Of a stretch of 64,000 bases of DNA, positions 12,631-25,848 are shown one piece after another. Source of the stretch: Magallana gigas (Eukaryota); assembly GCF_963853765.1 (NCBI RefSeq), contig NC_088859.1:33542001-33606000 (forward strand), read 5' to 3'. The notes below the pieces were generated by a model that saw only the letters and a program-made list of their open reading frames with translations, ran no database searches and was not told where the DNA came from. The translations under genes and the position numbers were made by a program. Positions within the stretch are counted from its first letter, which is position 1. Each line of letters opens with the position of its first letter.

Positions 12631-12926
12631 TAGGTAATAACTAAGGACAGTTATCACAATTCACTTCAAAAGTGCACCGCCATTCTAATAGTTGTGTATA
12701 GTGTATTTGTCATACATGAAGTTTCCATTATGAAAGTGTTTATGACTTATATTAAGTTACATTCTCATTAAAAATTGAAAATTTGTTAAAAATTTTTGTA
12801 CTTAAAGAGAAAAATGAAAAATATTTGGAAAAAAAAATAAATGCTAGAGTTGTCCCGCTTGGTACATGTACTTGCAAAGATAAAGTTTGTGTTTACCTGG
12901 TATGCATTTGAGCATCACTTAATGAG

Positions 12927-13082
12927 CATGCGTGGGTCTAGAAATTATATCCAGGGGAAGTTCGAAGAGATAATTTTGTTTTTAAGGAGAGGGGGGTCCA
13001 AAGCTTATTTTCGGTAATATTATTATATAAATTTTAAAATTCAAATTTCCCGAGGGAAGGGGGTACTCTAGATCCACACATG
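12927..13082. mobile_element. Short MITE of the CATGCGyGGrTCTAGA family (related copies near 25330-25440, 45880-45980, 50390-50582)
   Basis: TIR CATGCGTGGGTCTAGA / TCTAGATCCACACATG. ATGAG is duplicated on both flanks. Confidence 0.55.
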
Positions 13083-13524
13083 ATGAGTACTGTTGATTTA
13101 TCTAAATTCGAGGGAAGGGGATATTTTTCGTGCATTGTCAATTTTTTAAAGGGTTTCTTTGCGTGAACTTTCATGAATATGTTCTAATGGAAATAAATAA
13201 AGACAGTATTTCATGATTCGATTGAGATGTTAATTCGTCGGTAAAGGCTACCATGGAATCTAGAAAAATAATGTCCGTTCGAGTTTTATTGATTTCGAAC
13301 TGTACATATATCATATCTCTACTTTTCAAATAGCGCTGGAATTATGAAATTCGGTGTATAACTGAAGCGAATAAAACAATTTTGATTGATATAAATAACT
13401 TCATCGAATATGTCTTTCAAAATTATTATGAGGCTGATATAAGCCATGAGCAGGAGACTGTATGTAGGCAAACAAATGAACTTTTGCACTAAATTTTTCT
13501 TAAGTTGTCTGTACTTCATAAAAA

Positions 13525-15033
13525 AACAAGGGCCACAAATCGCTCACCTGAACAATAGTCCTTGTATCATTTTATTTCGAAAGGGTTTATTATGAAGTGA
13601 ACTCTGAATAAATATGATTGTAAAACTCATATATTTCAAGATTTTGCCATATATAAAACAATACATAAGACGAAGAAACAATTTTATCTTTGGCATGTTT
13701 TTATTCATAGTTATTTTACACATCAAATGAGATTGAATTTTATGCTCTAAATTACCCATTTGGAGTAAAAAAAAAATCCCATTTCACTGAAAAAATTGAA
13801 AAATATTCCTTAGATAATTAAAAGATGATATTGGCATCTGTTTTGTATTTCAATCATTAAAAGCTTCTTTATCGATTCATCAAATAAAAATATTGCAGGT
13901 GTGATGAGGACATTAGGCATGTTAGAAGATTTTGCTTTCTCATCGATCATCTGTCTTATAGACTAAACTAAAAAAACATGGAAAGTCTATATATCGTTGA
14001 GAAAGTCTATCAATGATTCCTACTTTTTTTCCATAACCATTTTTTATCTTTTGTTCCTTTATCTTTCCTAACTGTGTGTTTGTGAATCAAAACTTCGTAA
14101 AAACTAAGATCCACACCTTTTTGAAGTTGTTTGAATTTATGATCTTTGATCCCGATCACTTGGATCCCGATATGTGAGTAATTGATGTCGGGATCGAAAT
14201 TCCAAAAAAAAAACTTCAAAAAACTAGTCGATAAACATACACATGTATTTCCAGATAATTTAACTATGATAAACTTATCATGGAAATTTCTTTTTTTTTT
14301 TTTTTTGAATACTTCTTTTAATAAAAAATAATTTAAACAATTTAGAATCTGCACTATCTTAGAATGATTGCATAGTAATCTCACAAACTGTAGCATTGTA
14401 ATTCTTAAAAAGAAGAGTTTAAAAACATTTTCCCATTATATAAGTCTATGTTAAACTTTGAACATATTTTGGAGCCGTACGTAGTATTAGTCCGGGGATC
14501 ACGGTTTTCACAATTTAGAGTCTGCACTATCTTAGGGTACTTGTATAGTAATCTCACTAATTTTAGCACTGTAGTCCCTGAGAATACATTTTTAAAAACA
14601 TTTTTCCCCATATATTTCTATGTTAAATTTGTCTTTTTTAATCAACTTTGAACCCCTCTTGGGACCCCAGTATTGACCCGGGGATCGCGATTTTTACAAT
14701 TTAGAATCTTCACTATATATACAAGCTTTGGTGTAAATATTGGCTTATCTGGTGCAGTGGTTCTTAAGAAGAAGATTTTTTAGGACACCCACCCAATTTT
14801 CGCAGTTTTGCAATTATCTCCCTTTTAAAAAGGGTTGTGTCCTTTATTTTAACAATTTAGAATCCCCTTCCCATAAGGATGCTTTGTACAAAGTTTGGTT
14901 AAATTTGGCTCAGTGGTTCTAGAGAAGAAGTCAAAAATGTGAAAAGTTTACAGACGGACGAACAGACGGACGGACGACGGACAACAGGTGATCAAAAAAG
15001 CTCACTTGAACCTTCGATTCAGGTGGGCTAATA
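13525..15033 (-). mobile_element. HINE/Helentron-type element with internal ~175-185-bp tandem repeats
   Basis: Reverse-oriented ends: TAGCCCACCTGAATCGAAGG at 15030 and CAGGTGAGCGATTTGTGGCCC at 13550. (GACG)n tract at ~14950-14985. AATTTAGAxTCTxCACTAT recurs at ~14338, ~14513 and ~14698. Confidence 0.75.
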
Positions 15034-15423
15034 AAAACATCATCTTTTAAATATATGTAGGGTAATTTATGAAAATTTTGACATTTTTAAGAAAGGGAAA
15101 GCTTATGCAACTTTTCCGAAGAGGTTAGTAAGAAAATAACATTGGAAACTTTTCACAGTGACGTGTTAAAAACCAATTCTGTCGGTTCTGTTTAACATGA
15201 AGAAACCAGAATCAGAGAGTTTGATATACATGTACTCTCAGTGTTAAACCTTACAAGTATTTGGAAAATTTAAAACATTTTATTCAGAAATCTTTCACTT
15301 GAAACCAAACCGTTATTATTAAAGAATTGGGTGACTGAAACATTTGTAGAGCTGCACAAGAGTTTTTCCAATTTTATAATCAATATGATAATTGGTTTAA
15401 CTTAAATGTAGAATATTTAATTG

Positions 15424-16087
15424 ATACAGTCATTTGTTTATAAATATACTTGGGAGAAATGTCATTAGGATGATGACATCTTAAGTACAGAAAGGTCAAA
15501 TTAAATGTCCTCTTTTTAACCCGGAGGAAGGAACATTGGTGCGTCTTTTTCTTTCTTTTATTTTGTTTTTAAATTGAGTTTCTTCTGTATAGACTTCAAT
15601 CATATATCAAATTCTGAAGAATTAAATATATGTGTATAATATCTTGCCTTCTACTAGGCAATTAGCATTATTTTTTTAATACCGATCCTTGCAACTAGCA
15701 AAGTATAGAAAAATGCACCAAAATACTGTTCAACAACGTACATTTATATAACGCCAATACAGTCATTTGTTTATAAATATACTTGGGAGAAATGTCATTA
15801 GGATGATGACATCTTAAGTACAGAAAGGTCAAATTAAATGTCCTCTTTTTAACCCGGAGGAAGGAACATTGGTGCGTCTTTTTCTTTCTTTTATTTTGTT
15901 TTTAAATTGAGTTTCTTCTGTATAGACTTCAATCATATATCAAATTCTGAAGAATTAAATATATGTGTATAATATCTTGCCTTCTACTAGGCAATTAGCA
16001 TTATTTTTTAATACCGATCCTTGCAACTAGCAAAGTATAGAAAAATGCATAAAATACTGTTCAACAACGTACATTTATATAACGCCA
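15424..16087. repeat. Near-perfect head-to-tail duplication of a ~333-bp unit
   Basis: 15424-15756 matches 15757-16087, differing only in one poly-T length and ACC vs AT near the end. Confidence 0.92.
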
Positions 16088-16766
16088 TTACATACACAAG
16101 GACGATTTATAGCTCTATTGTACATAAAACAGACCCTGCATGGCAAGATCAGCATCTATAGACGAAATGTCAAATTAATTCGAAATAACATCAGAGTGCA
16201 CTGCCAAGTTTAGGATAAAGGATATACATATCAATTTATTCTTCTGACCTAGCGTAAAACAATACGACAGTTTGATGTTATCTAAAACACAATCATCGGG
16301 TCATTAGTCGGCGATATCCTGCCAAGTACGTGATACACCATTTTCCGGTAGGTGAGTTTCCTTATCAGGATTTCCAAAACAATGCGTTTGTTTTGGCGAT
16401 TAGATATACAATATTATTACGGTTAAACTGGGTCAATAGTTTTTCATAACATTTTTTTAAACGACGGCTTAATTAAAACAATGCAAGCAACGTGGTTGCG
16501 CCAATTTATTAGTAATTTGAAACACAATTGGTTTCAGCTGGCTTGTCACTCGTGATATCATAATCGTTAAGACAAATGTAACTAAATAATCTATGAAAAA
16601 TATGTTCCAAAAAACATTCTTGACGCTCAGTAATAACAATAGTAATGTTAACTCGAATATTTTAGAATAACCAGCAAGCACTATTTTAAAAAATACGAAT
16701 TTGTGAAAATATACTTAAAAATCACGGGAAAATACATATTGAAATCACGTCGTACACAATGAAACA

Positions 16767-16768
<2 letters not shown>

Positions 16769-16833
<65 letters not shown>
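16769..16833. repeat. (CT)n/(GA)n microsatellite abutting the stop codon of receptor gene A
   Basis: 65 nt of pure CT repeat directly next to the TAA at 16836-16834. Confidence 0.97.
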
Positions 16834-16837
<4 letters not shown>

Positions 16838-18263
16838 GCAGCCAGTGCAAGTGGAATGAGGAAAAAGAAAGTGATAGCCGATGTTGACCCTAGAAAAAAG
16901 AGAAAAAAGAAGTAGTCCAGAACCCTAGCAGCCACTTTCCACGTAATGTATAGGGTGTCATCCCGGTTCTTAAGTTCGTCATCGTCATCATCTTCCTCCT
17001 CTTCATCATCAGGATTTATCTCTTTGAGAGTGTCTTCGGGACAGCACAACTTTTTGCATTTATCACATTTGATGAATGCAATGATGTGGCGCAGGTATTT
17101 CGGGACTTCTGACTCCTCGTGCTGGTGATGAACTCGGAGAACAAAGATGGTCACAATGGTGGACACAGCACTCAGACACAACATCAGGGTCAGGAAGTAA
17201 CAGAGCATGGACATAGGCTCTGACGCTTTCGGAAGGTTATCAGCGACCATTGAAAGGAAGACAGCAAACGTCAGAAAGGCCGTTATGGCGTATCCGACGC
17301 GTTCACCCGAGTCTGCTGGCAGCAGAAACACCAGCCCATTCAGGAGACTGAGGATAAGGATAGGGATGATCATGTTGACTATAAAGTAACCGGGTTTCCT
17401 CTCCAGGTTCAGAACAAAGTTGATATAGACAGAGTTGTCTTTCACTTCTTTAGCAACCAATGTGCTGCCAATGGTCCACTCCACGTTTTCTTGATAGTGA
17501 GTCAAGTCAACAGACATGTCAGGGGTGATGAAATCGATCTAAATTGAACCCCAAAAAACATCCTTAATGCAATGTATTATTATATACATAAAAACGAAAA
17601 ACTGCTATAAACGGCACGCCCCTATCAAATTGGTTTGTGTTCGTTATACCGCACAATTTTACTTGTTTGATTTATCTAGCATATAAAAAACAAGGAAAGA
17701 AATAAAGCACAAACCTGGTCTATGGTATAGCCCCACGGATTGAAAGTAATGTTACAGGACTGTTTGTCAAAGGGGTAGTAGGTAATGTCAATGGAACACG
17801 CTGTCTTTGATACAATTCCCACCTGCCACTCATGGTTGCCGTCGTTATCTATACGGATCCGGTAACTCTTGTCTCCGAGTTCCTTGAGAGATTCCACTGA
17901 GTTGGAGAGGACAATGGTGGGCTTCCACAACTGGTCCTGAGGGAGAAGCATCCTCAACATATTACTCTCGGTGATTGTCCACCTCAAAAGTTCGTTTTCC
18001 CACTTTGCTGTCAAATACGCCACCATCTCGATTTCTCCCGCCACTTCATTGAAGTCCGTAATGGCGATGAGGAAAAAAGATAACTCCACTGTGATGTTGT
18101 CATTCTGGTTGGTGCGAGGGAAGACTTTCTTGTTGTACGTACTATACGGGGCCTGTCCCAGCCAAGTTTTGAAATCAGAAGGACCTGGATTAGTTTGGCC
18201 GTTCACAGCAGGCAACAGGCAAAAGATGCTGATTACGGTTCCTGCAAACACTAACCCCAGCAT
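16834..18263 (-). CDS. nAChR-like Cys-loop ligand-gated ion channel subunit A (non-alpha, 417 aa, 2 exons)
   Basis: Exon 1 18263-17715 (donor CAG|GTTTGT). Exon 2 17538-16834 (acceptor AATTTAG|ATC), phase 0, in frame. Signal peptide, Cys-loop CSIDITYYPFDKQSC, M2 DSGERVGYAITAFLTFAVFL, acidic M3-M4 loop, M4. Confidence 0.93.
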
Positions 18264-18391
18264 CTTGCTTCACTGTTTTCCTTTAATGCTTTTCTTCTTT
18301 ATTCCAACGACGTCCGGAATTATGGTTCTATTTGCCCATGCGCCATTTAAACGTTTTAATTAGATAATGAACCCAGAGGCCATTTAAAAAA

Positions 18392-18398
18392 GAACAAT
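18392..18398. promoter_or_regulatory. SOX/HMG-type RGAACAAT motif 129 nt upstream of gene A (representative; equivalents at 22202, 27536, 36742, 41657, 44000; AACAAT only at 25026 and 31639)
   Basis: The motif lies 129-329 nt upstream of all eight receptor ATGs. AACAAT is the established SOX core; binding is not demonstrated. Confidence 0.45.
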
Positions 18399-19573
18399 CG
18401 GGACAATCTCAAATAAATTAAATGTCCTCTATTTATGCCCAATGAACATGAAAAAAACTTCAGTTTGTCTGACGTAGAATATCTTCTTTTCACAAAACGT
18501 TTAAACATAATTTTTTTTTTAGATAATATAAAATTAAGTTAAATATTTGATATAAGATTAGAATTCCAAAATAAATCATAACATACAATCCTCTGCGTTG
18601 TTTAATTAATATATATCTAAAATATGAGAATGTTTGAATTTTTAAAACTTGAAAGAAAATGTTGATTTGGTTGCTTTTGAAACCATTTTCAATTGTATGA
18701 TGAGTCCTTACTGATGACCAAATTACTAGCACATTTGAAACTGATTTCTCTGAAACTAATATTTACATTTTTTAGTGTCTTTGTATGTGATAGCAGTACG
18801 AATCGATTTTGTATTTACAGTCCAATAAATTCAAATGGCGTATCATTGGAGCACAAGCGGGTTTGCAATATTAAAAGAACTAGAAATCACAAAAACAGTC
18901 AGTGTACCGATATTTAAAATTTTTATAAATATAAGTAATAAGGAATCATTCTTTGAATACCATTTCGGTCGGAGCGTGGTCAAACCTATAATGAATTCGA
19001 AGCCCTTCGGTATTTCAAGATTTGATGTAACGTTAACTTATGCGTTTCTGTTCCATTCAAAACATTAAAAACATATACATGTATAAAGTATACATGTATA
19101 AAGTCAAAATTGAAATTTCTATGTTCATTTTTTAAAATATGAAATCTACATTCCCCTCTCCGGTCTCCAGTGCGAAGCCCCGTGGTATTCTGATAAAGTA
19201 TTCTATAATGTACTCAACACTGGTGTACTACAGACTCTAAGTAATGGGTGTCCACCTGTTCGATTTTTCTGTAATGTACCGGCCGCGGTATTCGGAACAC
19301 TTAACAATTTCTTTTGATACTAGTATAAGGAAAAGTTTCGAAATATTCCGAATAAAATCATGAATATTTATTGAAGTCCTTTTTAATTAACTGTACAAAT
19401 TCATCTATTATCGTATAATATAAATTGGCTACGTCACAATACAGTTTGATTTGGTTTACACGTATTTGGTTTTAATTTGTTTGGTACATGAAGAACGAAA
19501 ATAATATTATTTGAACTTTTTTTTTTTGTAATTTATTTTTGTATCGCTTCATCCGGTAGTAAAACAGTTAGAT

Positions 19574-19698
19574 TATACCATCGAGGGGGTCAGCAAGATT
19601 CCAGTGCCCAAAGAGCAAGCCTATTTCTCTCGGCTTCGCCTTGGGAAATAGTTTTGCTCTTTTGGAACTTGGGTGTTGTTGACTCCTTCAATGGTATA
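19574..19698. mobile_element. 125-bp palindromic (fold-back) mini-element centred on GGCGAAGCC
   Basis: ~54-nt imperfect arms (TATACCATCGAGGGGGTCAGC... / ...GTTGACTCCTTCAATGGTATA). Core GGCTTCGCC at 19632-19640 lies exactly at the midpoint. Confidence 0.8.
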
Positions 19699-20423
19699 TA
19701 CATGTACATTTTAAAACTTTATATTGTAACCACAGACATCCGACGAGAAAATGTTTCTTTTTATAACACGATTAAAAGATATTTATTTTTTTTTTTAACG
19801 CCAGACACCTGTTATAGTTACACATGACTTATTCAAAGTTATTTCGGCTAAGTTTATGGCAATTGAATTTAGAAAAAACATAGCGTGGAAATTTGACTGT
19901 GCTTAATATCTTATTTTCCCAAAGCCCTTTTTTTGGCTGTAAAATAAAACCAACTTTTATAACCATTATTATTTAATACGTTTCACATTTTTAATTAATC
20001 ATTTTTTGTAGATCATATTTATATCAAATTATTTTCATATTATATCGAAGATAAAAACGAATGTATTTATCAAGGTAATTAATCAATCTTCATTGCCATT
20101 CTGTATGATGGGCAAGTTTAATAGCAACAACAGCTTATAAAAGTAAGTGTTAATGGCGAATGTACTTTAAGTGTATATGGTGTGTTGGTGTGTGTAATTA
20201 TTTCTTATCTGAATTAATTTCATACTCATATGCATGTGTATTCACAATTTTCGGAGATTTGTTTATGAAAATGATTTGAATGCAAGCTGTGTCATTACAG
20301 ATCCCTTCAAAATTGAATGGAAAGTAAGCCGGGTTCATAATTTTATTAAACATTAAACATTCATTAAAAATAACCCCAAAAATGTGGCGTCTGTAGAAAG
20401 TTTAAAATTTTCAAATTATAATG

Positions 20424-22002
20424 TTAATTCGATGTTTCCGTCGCAAGAGGTACCAAGAAGAATGCAGCAATAACACAGGTACCGAGAACGAACAGCCCAA
20501 AAAAGAACATGTCCAGTGTCTTCCCAACTTTTCGCCACGTGATATGAAGTGTGTCGTCCTCTTCTTCTTTCGTTTCCTCAGAAGACGTCTCCGACTTATT
20601 GTCATCAAAACCCTTCTTGACCGGAAGTGCGTTTTCGTCAAAATCGTCATCATCGGAGTCGTCGTCGGCACCGACCGAGTTTTTACTCTTTTTAGAAGAG
20701 CAACACCACTTCTTGAACTTTTCAAAATTCAGGAAAGAAACCACGTGTCTGAGCCACTTCGGGACAACTGTGTCCTCGTCTTGGTGATAAACTCTGAGCG
20801 TCATGATCGTAATAACACAGGACAGGGCACTCAAAACCAACATCAGCGTCAGAAAGTAGCACAGGAGGGACATGGGCTCGGCAGCCCGCGGTAAGTTCGC
20901 AGACACCATAGTCAGAAACACGGCAAAAGTAAGGAAAGCTGTAATCGCGAACCCGACCCTTTCCCCGGAGTCCACAGGCAATATAAAAACCATGCCGTTG
21001 AGAAGCCCGAGAATTAGAATAGGGATTACGATATTGATAACAAAGTAGCCAGGCCGCCTCTTCATAACGATTGTAAAATGTAAGAAAGACGTGCTGCTGA
21101 CGGATTTTGTTTCGATTGTAGAATTGGAAAGTTCCCATTGGACGTTCTCCATGTAATGCGTCAGGTCGATTGATTCTTGATTAGACGTCAGGTAAATCTA
21201 AGACAAAAATAACCAAATAAGGGAAGAATGTCTTAGTTTTCGTCGTTCGTTTACAAGCATTACGACTCTCAAATGTTCCATACAAACATATACAAACTAC
21301 TGTTAAGATAAGAAAGATGAAAGATGCAATTCCTATAAAGCTACATGTAATAACTGATTTACATGTATCTATGTAATCTAGTAGAATTATTACATGTAAA
21401 AATACTTCTTGAGTATATCTCAAAAGTTATTATTGCGCAGAAATTTCTAGATTTACAGTATAATGACATATTACCTGGTTATCAGTGAATCCCCATGGAT
21501 TCAGGGTGACTTTACAGGTTTGTATGTCAAAGGGATAGTACGATACATCTACAGCACACGCCGTCTTTGCCACAATTCCTACTGTCCACTCACAGTCTCC
21601 ATTGTTCTCAATTCGCACCGGGTAACTAGGATGACCAACCTCAAAAAGCGAGGTCACGGAGTTGGCAACTACCAAAGATGGAAGCCAGAAATTGTCCTGC
21701 GGTAAAGTGATCCCAGGGATGTCGGTAGAGTTCCACGTCAAGAGCTCGGTATTCCAGTTAACCTTCATATAACCCACTGTATCCATCTGTCCGGAAATCT
21801 CGTCAAAGCCCGTAATGGCGATGAGATAATACTTGATGGTGACTGTAACATTTTCAGTCTGAATAAGTCGAGGGAAAATACGTCTATTATAGGACTTGAA
21901 GGGTTCGGCTTTTAGCCACGTTCTGAATTTCTCCGGGGTGTTGGCGGAAACAAAGCAAAGAAAACTCACGGCAATTAGGACAGAAAGCCATTTGTCCGCC
22001 AT
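20424..22002 (-). CDS. nAChR-like Cys-loop subunit B (433 aa, 2 exons)
   Basis: Exon 1 22002-21475 (CAG|GTAAT). Exon 2 21197-20424 (TCTTAG|ATT), phase 0, same codon position as in gene A. Cys-loop CAVDVSYYPFDIQTC, M2 DSGERVGFAITAFLTFAVFL. The ORF-track start at 22014 is GTG. Confidence 0.93.
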
Positions 22003-23463
22003 GCTGTAATACACTTATGTTCAAGATGTCGGCATAATTAAGGATTTGCTTACGAACGACCAGTGGCTCAATGTTTTGGCAAATGAGCTCTTTAGTTTGT
22101 CATTTAATCAAGTGTTCATCTTGATATAAAGGCGTTCAGATTCAACCAGATAGGTTTGAGATTTTAAAACCTCTTTGGTCATGCGATGGGCATTGTGTAA
22201 GGAACAATGAGATCTCGAAGACCCCAATAATTAATTAGCTAGTTAGTTAAATGATTAAACATATACATACTTCTTTTAAAATCTCTCCCAGTTGCGAAAG
22301 ACGAAATATATCAGTAGATGTTGTATATAGTGAATTATCTGTTGATTCTACCAATTTCCGTAATAGTTTTGACTTCTACTTCTTAAAAAAAGATTATTTG
22401 AAGTCTTCCTTGTCCCAGATTAAACATTATTTAACATACTTCACGAGATTATCATGTGTATGATAGGTAGACCGTCAAAATTGATACATGTTCTAATCTT
22501 TAAACCTACATGCAATATTTTAACTTTTCATATATTGGGAACGCAGATTTACTTGCGTGAATTTTAAACATGTGAGATTCAACCCCACAATACTTATGTA
22601 TAGCAAAAATTCATCAATCAATTTTCTAAGACGAAGAAAGTTATCATATATTGGTTATTATTCTCTAATATCTTCAAAAGAACGAATTTGCATTGAAGTA
22701 TCATACATGTATACCGTTTGTGGTTTTTATATTGATTTTTTTAATGTAGGTTTTGTTTGTTTAACAACAATAAACGATCAGGGATTTGATTTTTGAAGGC
22801 CTACTCTCTCCACTCTAAAGTGTACGAATCACACTTGACAAATAGAGGAAAATGGATGCTCAACGAATTAACCATAATATTTACCTAACATTTTAGTCAT
22901 ATATATCATATTAAATTTAGAAAATATTGTAATTAGTTTAAAAATTACTATTGTCTTATTTCCTTGTACAGAGCTCTTCTTGTTAAGGAGTTCAGTTTGG
23001 TCTAAAAATGGTCACGGTCATCCAGCAGATTTAAAGCACTCGAGAGTAATACACTGTCCTTAGTCTAAAGGTCTAGTGTTTCACATGGTCATCGAAAGAT
23101 TGCTGCAAATATTATTGCATTTTGGATTTTGGACTTGCTAAAAAGCAAGTTACAAATTAAACAACTTTAACAATGGCGTGATGATATTTCTTAACTGTGA
23201 ATACACGCCTCATTCGATGTCTTCTTTTATCGATTGATTTACTGAATTGACATTATGATTGGAGGACAGCCCTGTTTTTTGCATATTCGTAAGATTTGTA
23301 AGAGTAAAATCACTCTGATTTTATGATTATAATATTTATTAATATGACAGAAAATACATCAGGTGAATTAAATATCGCTTTTTAAAATGTGTGTGGATGA
23401 AATAAAAAATACAATTTTAACATATGTACAAATTGAAATCAGTAATACATATATAGACCTGCT

Positions 23464-24879
23464 TCACATTCTGGACGTAGCAAGGGGAGTAAGGAAGGCC
23501 ACTGAAGCCATGACAATCATGAAAAGGAACGTACAAATACACACGACATCGATGGCGGCGCCTACTTCAGACCATTCCATCTCTTCTTCTTCATCAGATT
23601 CGCTGTCGCTCGAAAAGTCATCATCGCTTACATCTTCAATTTCCTCCATCTTTGTCGGAGAAACTCTGTTCTTCGGCAATGTTTGTTCTTTCAGTTTGGC
23701 CCACCTTCCTTTGGAATTGTCCGTGTCGACCTTTATAACTCTGTTCCTTGGCGTTGGTGGTCTTTTAGTGGCCGTTTCTTCTTCAGCTTCGTCCTTTTCC
23801 TTCTTCTTTGAGCAGCAGCAACGACAGTAAGCAATGCCAATTGCTCGTATTACCCACCTCGGCACAGGGTCCTCGGTGTCGCGGATATAAGCACGAAGGG
23901 ACATTATAGTCACGAAGCATATGAATGCACTGATCATTAACATGGTTATCATGAAGTAGGCAAAGATAGACATCGGGCTCGATGTTTTCGGAAGGTTGTC
24001 TGAAACGATAGTAACATATACGGCGAAAGTCAGAAAAGCTGTGACAGAGTAACCGACCCGCTCACCGGAATCTGCAGGGAGGATGAAAACTACCACGTTC
24101 AGCAGAGAAAGAAGTTCAATTGGTAGTACGAGGTATATAAGAAAGAAATTAGGCTTTCTTGCCAACTGTAACGTGTATTTGGCAAAACTAGAATTACCAA
24201 TAACCTCATGAGAGACAGCGGAAGACTTGATTTCCCATATATCGCTTCCTTGAAACTTGGATGTATCTACCTGATTTGATGTCAGGTTAAAGTCGATTTC
24301 CTCAGGGTGGTATCCCCACGGCGTGAAATCGACGGTACACTGTTGGATGTCCCAGGGATAGTTGGATACATCCACATTGCAAGCAGTCCGTGTCACAATT
24401 CCCGGGAACCACTCCATATCTGCCTTGGCTCCGGAGTCTAGTACATGAATCCGCACATAATAGTTAGGATCTCCTATAGCATTCAAAGCGGTTACGGAAT
24501 TGAAAACCGTAATTGGGGGTTTCCAGACTTCATCCTGGGGTATAAGGACATTTGAGAATGAATAACTCGGAGGAGTCGAAGCAGCAGCAACCTCGTAATC
24601 GTTAAGGACAATATCATCTGTCCACTTAATACTGAGGGTCCCGACTAGTTCAAGGTGACCTGCCACTTCATCAAAATCACTCAGGGATATAATGCTCAAT
24701 TTCATGTCCACATAGACCGTAGTAGATAAATCGTCCCTAGGAAATATTTCCTTGGAGTAGTTGGACGAACTGATGTTGGTGAAGGTATCATTGATCCAAG
24801 TCCACACGTGGTCGGCCGTGAGACAATGGCCACCAGTAACAAGAGAGGCAAGGATGAAGACTTGTAGAAGAGCGCTCAT
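23464..24879 (-). CDS. nAChR-like Cys-loop subunit C (intronless, 471 aa)
   Basis: First ATG at 24879 (track start 24888 is GTG). Signal peptide, Cys-loop CNVDVSNYPWDIQQC, M2 DSGERVGYSVTAFLTFAVYV, YCRCCC cluster, acidic loop, M4. Confidence 0.94.
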   Translation of the reverse strand: MSALLQVFILASLVTGGHCLTADHVWTWINDTFTNISSSNYSKEIFPRDDLSTTVYVDMKLSIISLSDFDEVAGHLELVGTLSIKWTDDIVLNDYEVAAASTPPSYSFSNVLIPQDEVWKPPITVFNSVTALNAIGDPNYYVRIHVLDSGAKADMEWFPGIVTRTACNVDVSNYPWDIQQCTVDFTPWGYHPEEIDFNLTSNQVDTSKFQGSDIWEIKSSAVSHEVIGNSSFAKYTLQLARKPNFFLIYLVLPIELLSLLNVVVFILPADSGERVGYSVTAFLTFAVYVTIVSDNLPKTSSPMSIFAYFMITMLMISAFICFVTIMSLRAYIRDTEDPVPRWVIRAIGIAYCRCCCSKKKEKDEAEEETATKRPPTPRNRVIKVDTDNSKGRWAKLKEQTLPKNRVSPTKMEEIEDVSDDDFSSDSESDEEEEMEWSEVGAAIDVVCICTFLFMIVMASVAFLTPLATSRM

Positions 24880-25477
24880 ATCCGACACTTTCGGTACACG
24901 CTGTATGACGACTAATATTGAAAAATAAGAAACGTGTTCATGTATCGTAAATCATTATAATTCAACTTTTATACAATGAAAGCGTTGAAAACATACGATA
25001 TACTTTCTTTTGTGTATGATAAGCAATTGTTTTTTTAAATATCTTTGAAACGGTCTTTGGTTTCTTTTTTCATGTGCATTTTTCCTGATATAGAATAGCA
25101 GTAGAGCAAAAACGATTCATAATTGTGTGTGTGCGTGTGTTTTTTAATTTTTATTTCATTTTGTATAGCCTATAAGTATTTACAAAGTGAATTAAACATT
25201 CTACGTAATAGTTAACTATTTGTGTAGATGATCATTCATTTTTTTCTTATCTTCAATCGTCAGAGATAAAAAAAAATTGAAATAATTACATTACATATTT
25301 ATATATATATTAGATTATGATAGAATGTTTTAATCTGCAGATTCAGAGGAAGGCAAAGGGATCGGATCTCACTGCCCCTAAAAAATTTAAATTTCTTAAA
25401 TTCGCATTGGCATTAATAAATAATTCTTGATCCGCAATGATTTGAGTTGAAATGCGACGTCTTTAAAGGTAGAATCT

Positions 25478-25480
<3 letters not shown>

Positions 25481-25547
<67 letters not shown>
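25481..25547. repeat. (TC)n microsatellite; further (GA/CT)n tracts at ~27843-27885, ~33005-33065 and ~51995-52035
   Basis: Direct reading of pure dinucleotide runs. Confidence 0.95.
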
Positions 25548-25550
<3 letters not shown>

Positions 25551-25848
25551 CATAGTCTGATGTTACTCTCATAATTGATACGACATGTCGGTTTCAATAC
25601 TCTCTCTCTCTCGTTGCTGTACAAATTCAAATAAAAAAATATCTCCACAACAAGAAATAACAAGATCAACTTTAATACCATTGATAACGAAGTAATCAGT
25701 TCACATACTGTATATATACAAGCTGCAGTCTTCATGCATAGGGAAAAAAAATAACAGAATTTGAAAATACAGTTATAAAAACATACAATACACACATGTA
25801 CAGGAGTCATACATTCTCATATACAAGCAATAGCCAAAAAAATTACAT

